The notes: generated from the letters alone by a model not told the origin. A stretch of 60,743 nucleotides of DNA from a virus (IMGVR_UViG_3300013285_000001:1-60743), one strand, 5' to 3'. Shown: positions 10,065 through 20,989, counted from the stretch's first letter. Made by a program: numbers and translations.

Positions 10065-12236
10065 ATGCAGAACATGAGCCGCATTATCAAGTCTGGGTTG
10101 CGCTACGCCAACGGGGGCGTGGTGCCGGGTAAGGGGAATGGCGACAAGATCCCTGCGATGCTGACCCCCGGCGAGGTGGTCGTACCCAAGGCGGTTCTTC
10201 GCGACCACCCGGCGCTTGCCCCAGCTTTGGGTGACATGCGGGAAGAAGCGCTCGAAGGGCAGGGCAAAAACGTCGCCAAGACCAATGCTCAGGCTCTGCG
10301 TGGTCCGGTTGCACACTTTGCAGATGGCACTCCTTCGGCGAACCAGGAGGCATTTAACGCTTCTCGAGACGGATCCACACCACGCGCAGCCTCACAGACC
10401 GCTACGCCAGAGGCGGGGCCAATACGGCAACCCATAAACGTAGATGCTGCATCGCCAGTCGGTTCTGCAGCGGCTACAGAGGCAGCAGCAGCGAAGCCAG
10501 CTGGTTTCTTCGCCCGTAACGCGGCTGCAGCCAGTAGTGCTCTCGGCAAAACTGGGAGTTCGCTGGTCGCCGGGGCAAAGATCGCCGGAAAAGCTCTTCC
10601 GCTCGCAAGCGGCGCGGCAGAACTCGGGGCTGGCATCTACAACCGGGACGCAGAACAAGCCGGGTGGGGTGCAGCGGATACAGCCGCTGGGGCTCTGATG
10701 TACACACCGGCTGCTCCTGTCGCTGGCGCGTACTTGGGCATACGCGGTGGCCAAGCAATCGCCAACCAAGCGCTCGGCGAAGAAGGCCGCGATGCGGTCG
10801 GCGGAACCATCAACGAACTTGGGCAGGCGCTTCGTCGGGGAACCAACGGGAAGCTCGGGTGGGGGACGAGCCCGGACGCGATGAACACTCTTCGCGCTCA
10901 GGATCAAGCCGCCGCCGCAACCGCCGCAGCAAAACCATCAACGCCGGCTGCAACCGCTTCGACGCCAGCAGTATCGGCAGCACCAGCAGCACCAGCTGCA
11001 AATGTCGGTAGCCCAGTCATTCGTGCGTCACCCGCAAACGGGTCACCGCTCTATTCAGACGATGGGTCCGGCAACCCTGTCACCGAAAGCTCTAGCGGGC
11101 TCAGCGGCGGAAGCGTCGTGGGCAACCAAGCTGGGCGTGACATCAACAACCGCCTCGCTGCGCAGTACGACGCACGTATCGCCGGCGAGTCGAACCGTGG
11201 CGCTGGAAGTCTCAGCGGTGGGTTCGGAAACTCATCAGTGGACAAGACGAACGCCGAGTTCGCCCGGTCGAGCTTGAGAGACGACATGATGCGCATGCAT
11301 GGGCGCTCCCCAGCGGCCATCGCAGCCATGGTGCAGATGTCGCAGCACCCGCAGGACTTGGAGCAAGCCCGCACGATTGCCCAGATGCAGAGCGCCACGT
11401 CTCTGCGCGGGCAGCAGATGGCTGCTGATGCGTCTCGCTATGGGCAAAACGTCGCTGCCCAGGCGTCGAACTACAACTCGGACAACTCGCTGCGCGGTGC
11501 GATGGCACCAGTGCTCGCTGCTCAAGGTATTCGCCAAGCGGTCACTGCGGCGTACGGTCCCGGCGGCTCCCAAGGTGGGAGCGGTGGTGGTGGGGGAGGG
11601 AACAACGGTGGGAACTCGTCGACCATCCCAGGCGCGACGCCGGAAGAACAAGCTCAGTTCGAGAGGCATAACACTGCTGCAGATCGACTCGAACGCGCGG
11701 GCTTGACGGCGCAAGGGAAGGAGGCCCGAGACTCAGCCACCGCAGTCACTACGCGTGTCGCGGCTCGCGGTGGGGAACAGCGCAAGACGATCGACGATCT
11801 GACTGGTTATCTCCAGTCCAACTTCAGCGACCCAAACGACCCGGCCAAGCCTGATGCGCAAGCGGCTGGAAAAGCGGCAGCTCGGGTCTTTGCCCAATAC
11901 GGCGACCAACTGAAGGGCTTGTCGCCCGCAGCGATGCAAGCCAAAGCGCAAGAACTGTTCGAAAGCCAACAGCTGCACGACCACGAAAGCCAAGTCGCTC
12001 CATCCATATTTGACCGGGTCAAGGACAAGCTCGGTGTGTACACACCGCCGGCTCCTATCTCTATCGGCGATCGTGACCTTCGTGGCGGCAGGACTGAAAA
12101 CGGTGGGCTGTTTAGTCGCGGCAACTCTCACGAGACGCTCACGTACATGCCGGACGGCAGCGTGGTCAACCACGGTATGTTGACTTCAAGCCAGCGTGCA
12201 AATGTTCTCCGGCGCGGCCAGAAGGACTACAAGTAA
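10065..12236 (+). CDS. Internal virion (ejection-type) protein
   Basis: YANGGVVPGKGNGDKIPAMLTPGEVVVP motif; Ala/Gly/Gln-rich; precedes the giant internal protein. Confidence 0.6.
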   Translation: MQNMSRIIKSGLRYANGGVVPGKGNGDKIPAMLTPGEVVVPKAVLRDHPALAPALGDMREEALEGQGKNVAKTNAQALRGPVAHFADGTPSANQEAFNASRDGSTPRAASQTATPEAGPIRQPINVDAASPVGSAAATEAAAAKPAGFFARNAAAASSALGKTGSSLVAGAKIAGKALPLASGAAELGAGIYNRDAEQAGWGAADTAAGALMYTPAAPVAGAYLGIRGGQAIANQALGEEGRDAVGGTINELGQALRRGTNGKLGWGTSPDAMNTLRAQDQAAAATAAAKPSTPAATASTPAVSAAPAAPAANVGSPVIRASPANGSPLYSDDGSGNPVTESSSGLSGGSVVGNQAGRDINNRLAAQYDARIAGESNRGAGSLSGGFGNSSVDKTNAEFARSSLRDDMMRMHGRSPAAIAAMVQMSQHPQDLEQARTIAQMQSATSLRGQQMAADASRYGQNVAAQASNYNSDNSLRGAMAPVLAAQGIRQAVTAAYGPGGSQGGSGGGGGGNNGGNSSTIPGATPEEQAQFERHNTAADRLERAGLTAQGKEARDSATAVTTRVAARGGEQRKTIDDLTGYLQSNFSDPNDPAKPDAQAAGKAAARVFAQYGDQLKGLSPAAMQAKAQELFESQQLHDHESQVAPSIFDRVKDKLGVYTPPAPISIGDRDLRGGRTENGGLFSRGNSHETLTYMPDGSVVNHGMLTSSQRANVLRRGQKDYK

Positions 12237-15200
12237 TGGCTACCTTGCGCGATATGGGAATCACCCCGTACGGAGCGGGTAACCCGGCTCCAACGTTGCG
12301 CGACATCGGCATTGCGCCGAACATCGCTGCTGACCCAACGGCCAATGACGACCAGATCGCAGCCAACGGCATGGGCCAGCTTCGGCGCGGCTACGTGTCT
12401 GGCAGTTATGGCGTCGACGCTGACCGGGCTCGGGCCGAAGAGATGTCGCTTCGGGCTGGCGGCAAGATCTCCGAGGCCGATGCAATGGACGAACAAGTCC
12501 GTGCGCTACAGCAACGAGCAGCGACGTTCGCTCCAGCTCAGCAAGATGTCACCAAGCTGCGGTTCGGCGAAGACGGTGGCATTGGTCGCGGCATCGACTA
12601 CGGGCTTGGCACGATCGGCAGCATGGCCGGCGGCATGGCCGACAACATCGGCTCCGAGGTCGCGCTCGGTGGCGCAGGCAGGTTGATCAGCGCGATCCCT
12701 CATCCGCTGGCGAAGTTCGTCGGCGGTGCGCTGCAGTTCGCCGGCCCCGCTGTCAGCTATGGGCTGAACAACCGTCAAGCAGTCGGTGAAGCTGGCAATG
12801 ACATGGTGCAAGACCCAGAGTTGATGGCTCGCACCACGCCGCAAGAGCGCAACCGGATGGCGAACATCAGCGGCGGTGCGTCGGCGCTTCTCGACACTGC
12901 AGCCCCGCACATGATCGGTGGCCGGTTGATCGGACGACCTGGCCTCAAAGCACTTGAGCGCGTCCCTGTTGGGCTGAAGATAGCCGGCGACCATCTGCTC
13001 GAAGGTGGCACCGAGGTTGCGCAGAGCGCGATCAAGAAGGCTGGCCTCGCGCAACTGAACCCGAACCGCGACACCAGCGGTGACGAGAACGACTACATCA
13101 ACGACTTTGCTGGTGGTCTTATCGGATCGGCTGGCATGTCTGCTCCGTCGCACATCGTGGCGGCTGGGTACAAGCGGCTCGGCGTCAAGAGCGACGGCGA
13201 CGTGGGCGACAAGCTCACCGCGAAGGGCACCGACAACCTCGAAGAAAAGCTCGTCAAGACTTCGCTCAAGTCGAAGCCAGATTCGTCGCTGAACGCTGCC
13301 CAGATGTGGGGCGACCGCATGAAGTTCGGGGAGTCCGACGGCAGCACTGAGTCCCAAGAAAGCGCGATTGACGCCAGCCACGCGATGATCTCCAAGGAGC
13401 TCGCGGCCCGTGCAGCAGCCGGCGACACCACCGCCCAGCAGCATCTGGACACGCTCAGCGCAGTCGACATGAATGGGCCGGATCGGTACGACGACACGGC
13501 CCGTAACGCGGCCTACACGCACTTGGCTGGGGCCGACGGAGACAACGACGGGCTTCTCAATGCGTATCGCTCGCGTGTGACGAACAGCCAAGGCACGCTT
13601 GTGTCAGCGAGCGATCTCGGGGCAGGTAAGGGCGGCGGCGTCGATGCTCGGAGCGCTTCGGTTCGGGCCACGGCAGTCGAGCGGGAAATAACGAAGCAGC
13701 GCGCTGACCTCGCGACGCACGTGATGGTCGATGCCGTCACGAACCCGAAGCCGCAGTACAAGTACCTGGCAGCGAACCTGGCCGAAGAGCTTGCCGAGTT
13801 CGGGTCGAAGTCGTTCAAGAACCCGACGACTGGTGACTACGCCCGTGTTCAACGGATGGCCGCTCAGTTCGTGGGCATCTACGGGCCGGCCAAAGCCAAG
13901 GCGGTGCTCGACTCAGCGTCAAAGGCATCGGGTGCTGACGGCACGCCATTGCACAAGGCGATGAGTTCGCTCATCGACGTGGCCAAGAAGTCGATGCCGC
14001 AGTTCGAGCGCACGCAGTACCTTGATCGGCAGAAAGCCGCCGACCAGCTCGTGTCCGTGATCCCGCCGAATGTTCAGCTGAAGCTGCGCAAGAAGGGCAT
14101 CGACCTCACGCACGAAGACACCAAAGAAGCGATGCTGGCTCAGGTCGAACGGCATTTCGACCGTGCCCAGAATGCTCCGAAGCGCCTTGAGCTCACGTCG
14201 TTATTCGGCGCTGAGACGCTCGACAAGATGAGGGATGTCGTTGGACAGCCCATCGAGCCGAGGTCGAAGGGCACGCTGGAGGATGGCTCACACGGCGCGG
14301 AGGAAGGCAGGACTGAGCGGGCCACCGAGAGCGACAAGCTGGGCACCGGCAAGGAAGAAAACGCAGAGCGTGAAGAACAGATGGCGCAGAAGAGCGCCGA
14401 CCGATCGCCAGGAGCTCGTCAGTATTTCTTTAAGGGGCGTGACAAGCCGGAGGATGGAGCGACGTCGTCGAACCCGTTCGTGCGCAACAAGGACGGGAAC
14501 CTTCCGACCATCTCCAAGCTCGACGCCGAAGACCACAGCGGGTCGAACACGCTGCACAACATGCTGTCCAAAGCGTACGAAGCGCTTGGCATGGAGTTTC
14601 GTGACGTGAAGGGCAATCTGGTGCGCGGCAGTCGCAAGCTGCCCGGCAGTGAAGCTCGGCAGAAGATTACGCAGAACAAGAACTTGTCTACGAGCAAAGA
14701 CGGGCGGTTCGACATAGGGACTACTTCCGTCAAGTCCATCTTGGACTACCACGGGGCCAATGACTCGAAGCGCATCAGCACGTTCGCTGATTACGCAAGC
14801 GAGCACAACGTCAAGGCCGAAGATGTGGCCCGCATGAAAGCGCTCGATGCGAAGATCGAAGATCTTATAAAGACCACACCGAAGATCAAGATTTCCGCCG
14901 GCGAGCTCCGAGGCAATCCTGAGTACAAGGCGATCAAGGCTCTCAAGGACGAGCGCAAAGCACTCGCTGCGGAGATCGCCGGCGCTGCTGACATCGGGCA
15001 TACGAAGGTCACCGGCAAGGATGAGACGGGTCGAGACGCTCATGAGCGTGGCGCATACAAGCCAACCTCTGAGACCACGATGGCCGATCTGGCCAACGCC
15101 TACTTCGCAGACCGGCACATCGTCGTGGCTGATGAGATTGGCGGAAAAGATCACGACCGCATGGTGCTCGGTGAGTTCAGGGACATGACCGATCGCGGCG

Positions 15201-18200
15201 CGAAGGACATCAAGTTCGCCAGCAAAGCCAGCATGGACGCGGGCAAGAAAGACACGCCTGAGCGAGAAGCTGGGCGCATGGCGACCGAAGTCGACATGAA
15301 CCTGATCAGGTTCGAGACCCCGCACACGAACAGCAAGAAAGACGTCGCTGTCCGAGCTCAGGCCATCGTGACGTGGTTCAACAAGAACAAGACCGAGTTC
15401 GACAAAGCACCATTCAACTCCGCTGAGTCACAGGCCAAGCAGTTCCAGAACTCGCTGTTGTCGGGCATCGCAGCAATGCGCGCTGAAGGGTTCATGGTCG
15501 GCTCTCCGTACATGCTGGATGCCGAAGGCAAGAAGGAATCGTTCAGCGATGGCATCCCACCGTCGTTGCGCTTGGGCGCTCTTACACAAAAAGAGATCAA
15601 CGACCGTAGAGCGAAGCGCGCAGAGAAGGCGAACGCTGAGTACCAAGAAAACAAGCTGCAGGACGCGCTTACCAAGAAGAACGAGCGGAAGGCCGCTCTT
15701 ACTCAGGTAGAGAAGGAACAGGCGAGCGAGGAACAAGCTCGTGAGACTGAGGGTCAGTCATTCAACTTGGGTTCTGAGGAAGGCGTAAAGGATCTGAAGT
15801 ACGGGGAAAAAATAGAGGGCGAACGCTTCTGGAGCGCACCAGAGCAGCCACGGTCGACGAACAGTTCAGACCGGGTTCCGTCCGAGACCAAGCAGAACAA
15901 CGAGCAGCAGAAGGGTGTTCCTGACGAGATCACGGACACCGCCATGCGGACGAGCACGATGGACACCGAGGACAAGGTGCCTACGCTGACCCGTGCGAAT
16001 GCGTTCGTGAAGGCGGATCGATACGCCGACCAGCTGCTGGGTGCGCTCAGGAAGGACAAAGAAGCTGGCCTCGCCCGCGTCAACCGTGTCGCCGCGATGA
16101 TGTCCACGCCGTCGTTCGTCGAGAAGGGCAGCAACGACACAGTCGGCGGAGCGTTCTACGCCGCTCCGCTGGCGGCGTTGCTGACCCCAACCAATGTGAG
16201 GGCGTTCCCCGAGCTTGCTGATGTTCGGACGAAGGTAGCCGGACTGCTATCCAAGCGCGCTGGCGGGATGACCAGTGCTCAGAAGCTCGTTCTCGCCAAG
16301 AAGATGAACGGCGACGCGGCACTCACGGCTGCACAGAATGTTGCTCGCCAAACGATGGACGTCGTCAACCCTACCGAGCACACACTGACCGGCGGCAAGC
16401 TGACGATCAACGGGCTCGACCAGTTCTTGGCCAAGTACAAGGCCGAGCCACTGACCGCGAAGATAGAACCAGCCGCAGCGGCTGCGAAAGAGCCCGCACG
16501 GATGCTCAACGAGCAGACCGAAGCACCCGCTGAGACGACTGCAGAGCAGGTCCAATCTCCTGAGAAGGCAGCGCCGAGCGAAGCGCTCATAGCCGCTGCC
16601 AAGGCGTACATCGCCAAGGTGCTCGGGCCAAAGGTCAAGACCGAATTCCTCAAGACGTTCGACGCCGCAGGCGAGTGGATCAAAGCAGAAGACCTCATCA
16701 AGTTCTCGTTGACTGGTGGGCCGGGTCTGTTGACCGTGGCTCACCACGAAGCGATGCACGCTTTCTGGGATCGGCTGATCGAGAGCAACCCGAAAGCTGC
16801 CGAAGCGCTCGGCAACACGATGTCGTCGTCGAAGATGCTCATGCGGCTGAACGATCTGCTGCAGGACCACCCGGAGGCGCTCAAGTCGATCGCCGACGGT
16901 GCGCCAAATGCACAGGCCGAACGCGTGGCCTATGCGTTCCAGTTCTGGGCCGCTGGTCAACTCGATGTGGACAAGCCAGCCACCACGCTGTTCGCCAAAT
17001 TCCAGAAGTTCTTGCGCATGGTGTTCGGCAAGGTGCGCGAAAGCGAGACGGCTCTCGACATCATGACCGCGTTCCATGAGGGCAAGCTGTCCGAGCCGAG
17101 TGCCGCAGGGTTGGCGATCGACAAGATCATGAAGGCCCAGACGTGGAACGAAGACGTCAAGCGCAGGTTCGACGGTGTAGTCCAAGGGCTACACACCGTG
17201 GTCGCACCGAGCAACGACGTGCTGCGCAAAGAAACACTCAGCGCGACTGCACAGGCTCTGGCTCGCGCGATGTTCACCAATCCGGGCGAGGGTGCGGACG
17301 GCCAGTTCAAGGCCGGCTACATCAACGCTCGCGTGCAGATGACGCGCAAGTTTTCCAACTACATGTACAAGACCTTGAAGGGTCTGAGCGAGCGGGACAT
17401 GGCGAACGCCATGGAAGCGCTGCACATGGAACTTGACTTGAAGGACATCAAGTCGACCCCGGTGCGCGAGTCGGTCGAGAAGATCCGTGGCCTGTTCGCT
17501 CGGTTCCACACCTACGCGACCGAAGACGCCGGCATGAAGCTGGAGTACCTCGGCCCGAAATACTTCCCACGTGTCTGGAGCGCGAACGATCTGGTCGCCC
17601 GCAAGGAAGACTTCACCGCGATGCTTTTGCAGCCGAAGTACGCGAAGACCATGGACGCTGCGGTCAAGGCCATCAACGCGTCCAACCCCGGCGTCACGTA
17701 CACCGCAGCGGACGTGGCAGGGTTCATGCACCGTGACCTCGTCGACCGCAACGGCGTCGACGTGGCTGGCTTCAGCGGCGAACGTACACACGAGATCCTG
17801 ACACCGTTCTTCGCGTCGCAGAAGGAACGTAACTACAAGTGGATCTCTCAAGAAGACGTCTCACCGTTCTTGGAGAAGGATCTGGTCGGTGCGATGTCGC
17901 GCTACATCCACCAAGGTGTGCGTGCTGCTGAGTTTGAGCGTCGCTTCGGCGAAGGTGGTGCCAAGCTGAAAGAGTTGGTCGCTATGAAAGGCGACTTGGA
18001 GCGCGACGAAGAGACGGGCAAGATGGTGGCTCGCGAGACGCACGGAACCATCGCTGCTGAGATGGTCGAGTCGATCGCGGCCAAGGGTATCAAGGGCAAG
18101 GAAGCCGAAGAGATGCTCGCCCGCCACATGAGCGACGTGAAGAACTCTGTCCAAGCGCATGAGGGCTCGCTGGGTGGTGACATCAGCCCGGCGTGGCGCA

Positions 18201-19336
18201 AGCTCTCGTCGGCCGCGATGGCCTACCAGAACGTGCGGCTTCTCCCCATGGCGCTGTTCTCTGCGTTCGGCGACATCATGGGCCTGCACGCTCAGAACGG
18301 CGGCGACTACGCCAAGACGTTCGAGGCGTTCACCGACGGTCTCAAGGAAGTGTGGGCCAGGTGGAAGGATGCAGCGAGCGACGTGCCGGCAGAACGCCAG
18401 CAGCAGCTCGCTGAGCGCATCGCCGAGGCAGTTGGTGCGGTCGACTCGCACATGTTCTTGGAGCAGATGGGCAAGGCCCACACCTCCGAGTTCATGACCG
18501 ACTTTGCCCGTAACGCCAACCGCAAGCTGTTCGTCGCCAACGGTCTGACCGCTTGGGACCGCTCGATGCGCGTGTCGGCCACGAAGATGGCTGTGTCGTT
18601 TCTCGAAGACCACTCGAAGCTGCCGGACAAGAAGCACAGCGCTCGGTGGCTGGCTGATCTGGGCCTCGAAGCGAAAGACATTCCACTCGATGCCGACGGC
18701 AAACTGATCTGGGACCGCCACGTGCTCGCGGCTACGCGCTTCACGGAGGGCATGGACGACGCCAAGAAGTCAGCGGTGCTCAAGCAAGCCACGGCTGACG
18801 TGGACAAACTGCACTACGCCATCGTGCGGTGGACTGAGGCTTCGATCCTCACGCCTACGGCGGCTCAGCGGCCAACGTGGGCCAGTGACCCGCACTACGC
18901 GGTGCTGTTCCACCTCAAGCAGTTCACCTACAGCTTCCAGCACACGATCATGAAGCGGGCGTTCAATGAGGCAGCACACGGGAACATGAACCCGATCGGT
19001 GCGCTGGCCGCGACCATGCCGATCATGGTGGCGAGCGATATTGTCAAGGGTCTTGCGTTGGGCGGCGGGGCGGTGCCCGACTACATGGCTCACTGGGGCG
19101 TAGCTGACTGGGCGGAGCACGGGTTCAACCGCGCTGGTCTAGCCGGTGTGTCCGGCTTCGGCATGGATGCGCTGCACGACCCGGCCAGTCTGTTTGGGCC
19201 GACGGTCGACCAGATCGCCGGCGGTGCGTACGACTTGGTTACCGGCAAGAAGTCTTTGGCTAGTTTGCTGGTCGATGCGACTCCAGGCGCTCGACTGTTT
19301 AGTGGCGTCAAAGACATGGCGAGGGCTGTGGAGTAA
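12236..19336 (+). CDS. Giant internal virion/ejection protein (2366 aa) with HExxH zincin-like motif
   Basis: AHHEAMHAFW motif; YFPRVW and RPTWASDP...FHLKQFTYSFQ C-terminal region typical of large podoviral internal proteins. Confidence 0.7.
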   Translation: MATLRDMGITPYGAGNPAPTLRDIGIAPNIAADPTANDDQIAANGMGQLRRGYVSGSYGVDADRARAEEMSLRAGGKISEADAMDEQVRALQQRAATFAPAQQDVTKLRFGEDGGIGRGIDYGLGTIGSMAGGMADNIGSEVALGGAGRLISAIPHPLAKFVGGALQFAGPAVSYGLNNRQAVGEAGNDMVQDPELMARTTPQERNRMANISGGASALLDTAAPHMIGGRLIGRPGLKALERVPVGLKIAGDHLLEGGTEVAQSAIKKAGLAQLNPNRDTSGDENDYINDFAGGLIGSAGMSAPSHIVAAGYKRLGVKSDGDVGDKLTAKGTDNLEEKLVKTSLKSKPDSSLNAAQMWGDRMKFGESDGSTESQESAIDASHAMISKELAARAAAGDTTAQQHLDTLSAVDMNGPDRYDDTARNAAYTHLAGADGDNDGLLNAYRSRVTNSQGTLVSASDLGAGKGGGVDARSASVRATAVEREITKQRADLATHVMVDAVTNPKPQYKYLAANLAEELAEFGSKSFKNPTTGDYARVQRMAAQFVGIYGPAKAKAVLDSASKASGADGTPLHKAMSSLIDVAKKSMPQFERTQYLDRQKAADQLVSVIPPNVQLKLRKKGIDLTHEDTKEAMLAQVERHFDRAQNAPKRLELTSLFGAETLDKMRDVVGQPIEPRSKGTLEDGSHGAEEGRTERATESDKLGTGKEENAEREEQMAQKSADRSPGARQYFFKGRDKPEDGATSSNPFVRNKDGNLPTISKLDAEDHSGSNTLHNMLSKAYEALGMEFRDVKGNLVRGSRKLPGSEARQKITQNKNLSTSKDGRFDIGTTSVKSILDYHGANDSKRISTFADYASEHNVKAEDVARMKALDAKIEDLIKTTPKIKISAGELRGNPEYKAIKALKDERKALAAEIAGAADIGHTKVTGKDETGRDAHERGAYKPTSETTMADLANAYFADRHIVVADEIGGKDHDRMVLGEFRDMTDRGAKDIKFASKASMDAGKKDTPEREAGRMATEVDMNLIRFETPHTNSKKDVAVRAQAIVTWFNKNKTEFDKAPFNSAESQAKQFQNSLLSGIAAMRAEGFMVGSPYMLDAEGKKESFSDGIPPSLRLGALTQKEINDRRAKRAEKANAEYQENKLQDALTKKNERKAALTQVEKEQASEEQARETEGQSFNLGSEEGVKDLKYGEKIEGERFWSAPEQPRSTNSSDRVPSETKQNNEQQKGVPDEITDTAMRTSTMDTEDKVPTLTRANAFVKADRYADQLLGALRKDKEAGLARVNRVAAMMSTPSFVEKGSNDTVGGAFYAAPLAALLTPTNVRAFPELADVRTKVAGLLSKRAGGMTSAQKLVLAKKMNGDAALTAAQNVARQTMDVVNPTEHTLTGGKLTINGLDQFLAKYKAEPLTAKIEPAAAAAKEPARMLNEQTEAPAETTAEQVQSPEKAAPSEALIAAAKAYIAKVLGPKVKTEFLKTFDAAGEWIKAEDLIKFSLTGGPGLLTVAHHEAMHAFWDRLIESNPKAAEALGNTMSSSKMLMRLNDLLQDHPEALKSIADGAPNAQAERVAYAFQFWAAGQLDVDKPATTLFAKFQKFLRMVFGKVRESETALDIMTAFHEGKLSEPSAAGLAIDKIMKAQTWNEDVKRRFDGVVQGLHTVVAPSNDVLRKETLSATAQALARAMFTNPGEGADGQFKAGYINARVQMTRKFSNYMYKTLKGLSERDMANAMEALHMELDLKDIKSTPVRESVEKIRGLFARFHTYATEDAGMKLEYLGPKYFPRVWSANDLVARKEDFTAMLLQPKYAKTMDAAVKAINASNPGVTYTAADVAGFMHRDLVDRNGVDVAGFSGERTHEILTPFFASQKERNYKWISQEDVSPFLEKDLVGAMSRYIHQGVRAAEFERRFGEGGAKLKELVAMKGDLERDEETGKMVARETHGTIAAEMVESIAAKGIKGKEAEEMLARHMSDVKNSVQAHEGSLGGDISPAWRKLSSAAMAYQNVRLLPMALFSAFGDIMGLHAQNGGDYAKTFEAFTDGLKEVWARWKDAASDVPAERQQQLAERIAEAVGAVDSHMFLEQMGKAHTSEFMTDFARNANRKLFVANGLTAWDRSMRVSATKMAVSFLEDHSKLPDKKHSARWLADLGLEAKDIPLDADGKLIWDRHVLAATRFTEGMDDAKKSAVLKQATADVDKLHYAIVRWTEASILTPTAAQRPTWASDPHYAVLFHLKQFTYSFQHTIMKRAFNEAAHGNMNPIGALAATMPIMVASDIVKGLALGGGAVPDYMAHWGVADWAEHGFNRAGLAGVSGFGMDALHDPASLFGPTVDQIAGGAYDLVTGKKSLASLLVDATPGARLFSGVKDMARAVE

Positions 19337-19401
19337 CCCCTTTCCCCGCCCCCCATTCCCTGAAATGATTTTGATAGTTGGTTACTAAACTGGAGTTATT
19401 T

Positions 19402-19602
19402 ATGACTGAAGAAGTGATCGACATAGAGACTTGCGAGTCGTGTAAGTTTTGGAAAGATGAGACAGAGGCGGCGGACAAGGTAAAGAACGGGACATGCCGT
19501 AGATACCCGGCGACTATCTTGTGCGACGAAGGAGTGTTTGCGTGCCAACCGATGACTGAGTCTGACGAGTGGTGCGGCGAGTACGCCCGCCGATTGCATT
19601 GA
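19402..19602 (+). CDS. Small 4-Cys metal-binding protein
   Basis: SD GGAG; CESCKFW...GTCRRYP...EWCGE. Confidence 0.65.
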   Translation: MTEEVIDIETCESCKFWKDETEAADKVKNGTCRRYPATILCDEGVFACQPMTESDEWCGEYARRLH

Positions 19603-20765
19603 GTGTCGATTTGCGGTTGAAAGAGTTTGCCAATGCCAGGCAGATTCAATACATCGACGCAGTACACAAACATGGTGGAGTCAGAGCAGCAGCGAGGGCT
19701 ATGAATGTCTGCCACAGCAGCGTGCAAGGTGCGTTGGTGTCGGCAGCTCGTACTGCAGCTCTGAGGGGTTACGCCCCCGCCGAGGATATGAACCACAAGG
19801 TGCCTGACGGATTCAGCGTCAAGGGCATCAGCACCTACTACAACTCTGACGGTAAGGTCACCGGGCAGTGGGTCAAGAGCAAAGAGGACACCGAGCGTAG
19901 GGAAGAGATCGTGCGCGAATCTATTCGCGTGCTCTCGGAAGACGTCCGTGGACTTTCTCCCATCGTGACCCCGCCGCAGCGCGTGAACGAGGACTTGCTG
20001 GCGGTTTATCCGCTAGGCGACCCGCACGTGGGCATGAGTGCTTGGGCTCAGGAGGCTGGGGCTGATTTTGACCTCCACATTGCCCGCAAGCTGACCCTCG
20101 GTGCGTTCGATCGGCTGATCAGCGCAGCGCCTGCTGCACACACTGCGGTCGTGCTGCCCTTGGGTGATATTTTTCATATCGACAGCCAAACGAACGTCAC
20201 GCCTGGCCATGGCCATCAGCTCGACGCTGATGGGCGCTTTGTGAAGGTTCTCCAGGTCGGGATCGAGATGTACCGGCATGCCATCCTGCGCTGTTTGGAG
20301 AAGCACCAGCACGTCGTCGTGAGGTTCATGGCCGGAAACCACGACCCCCATTCAGTGTGGGCGTTGTCCTTCACCATAGCGGCGTACTTCTCGGAAGAGC
20401 CTCGCGTGATGGTTGATTTGAGCCCAGCTAAGCACTGGTTTTACAGGTTCGGCAAGGTGCTGATAGGTGCCACCCATGGGGACACAGTTCGTCCTGAAGA
20501 TCTGCTGGGTGTGATGGTCGCTGACCGTGCCCAGGACTGGGGTGAGACGAAGCACAGGTACTGGTACACGGGCCACATCCACAACCAGTCTGTGCGCGAG
20601 TTGCCGGGCGGATTGATCGCTGAATCCTTCAGGACACTCGCTGCGCGCGATGCTTACGCATCAGGCAAGGGCTACAGGGCAGGGCGTGACATGAGGCTGA
20701 TCGTCCATGACCGAGAGCATGGAGAGATCGAGCGCCACAGGTGTGATGTTGGGATGGTTGAATGA
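19599..20765 (+). CDS. HTH + calcineurin-like metallophosphoesterase
   Basis: GDPHVG, GDIFH, GNHD, HGD and GHIH motifs; N-terminal HGGVRAAARAMNV HTH; likely TTG start overlapping the upstream stop. Confidence 0.85.
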   Translation: MSVDLRLKEFANARQIQYIDAVHKHGGVRAAARAMNVCHSSVQGALVSAARTAALRGYAPAEDMNHKVPDGFSVKGISTYYNSDGKVTGQWVKSKEDTERREEIVRESIRVLSEDVRGLSPIVTPPQRVNEDLLAVYPLGDPHVGMSAWAQEAGADFDLHIARKLTLGAFDRLISAAPAAHTAVVLPLGDIFHIDSQTNVTPGHGHQLDADGRFVKVLQVGIEMYRHAILRCLEKHQHVVVRFMAGNHDPHSVWALSFTIAAYFSEEPRVMVDLSPAKHWFYRFGKVLIGATHGDTVRPEDLLGVMVADRAQDWGETKHRYWYTGHIHNQSVRELPGGLIAESFRTLAARDAYASGKGYRAGRDMRLIVHDREHGEIERHRCDVGMVE

Positions 20766-20989
20766 AGGCGCGCATCCATGTCAACCAGCACGTGATCAAG
20801 TCGAACGCGAAGACGGGCGCGAGCGAGCCAGTGTTTACGGTGAAGACCTACAAGTCAAACACGCTTGCGAATGAAGTGTCGATCGATGGGCCGAGCAAGT
20901 TGGTGTACAGCCCAGACAACCCGCTGTCGTGCGGAGCTAGAGTCTGGATAGAAACAGACTCTAGCTTCGTGACGATCACTCCACCGTGA
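20762..20989 (+). CDS. Conserved phage hypothetical protein
   Basis: IHVNQHVIKSN...YSPDNPLSCGARVWIET motif; ATGA overlap. Confidence 0.75.
   Translation: MKARIHVNQHVIKSNAKTGASEPVFTVKTYKSNTLANEVSIDGPSKLVYSPDNPLSCGARVWIETDSSFVTITPP

Noticed and set aside
12236-19336. Virion RNA polymerase
   Set aside because: No NADFDGD motif and no convincing T7/N4 motifs A, B and C by eye; RFDGVVQG alone is insufficient
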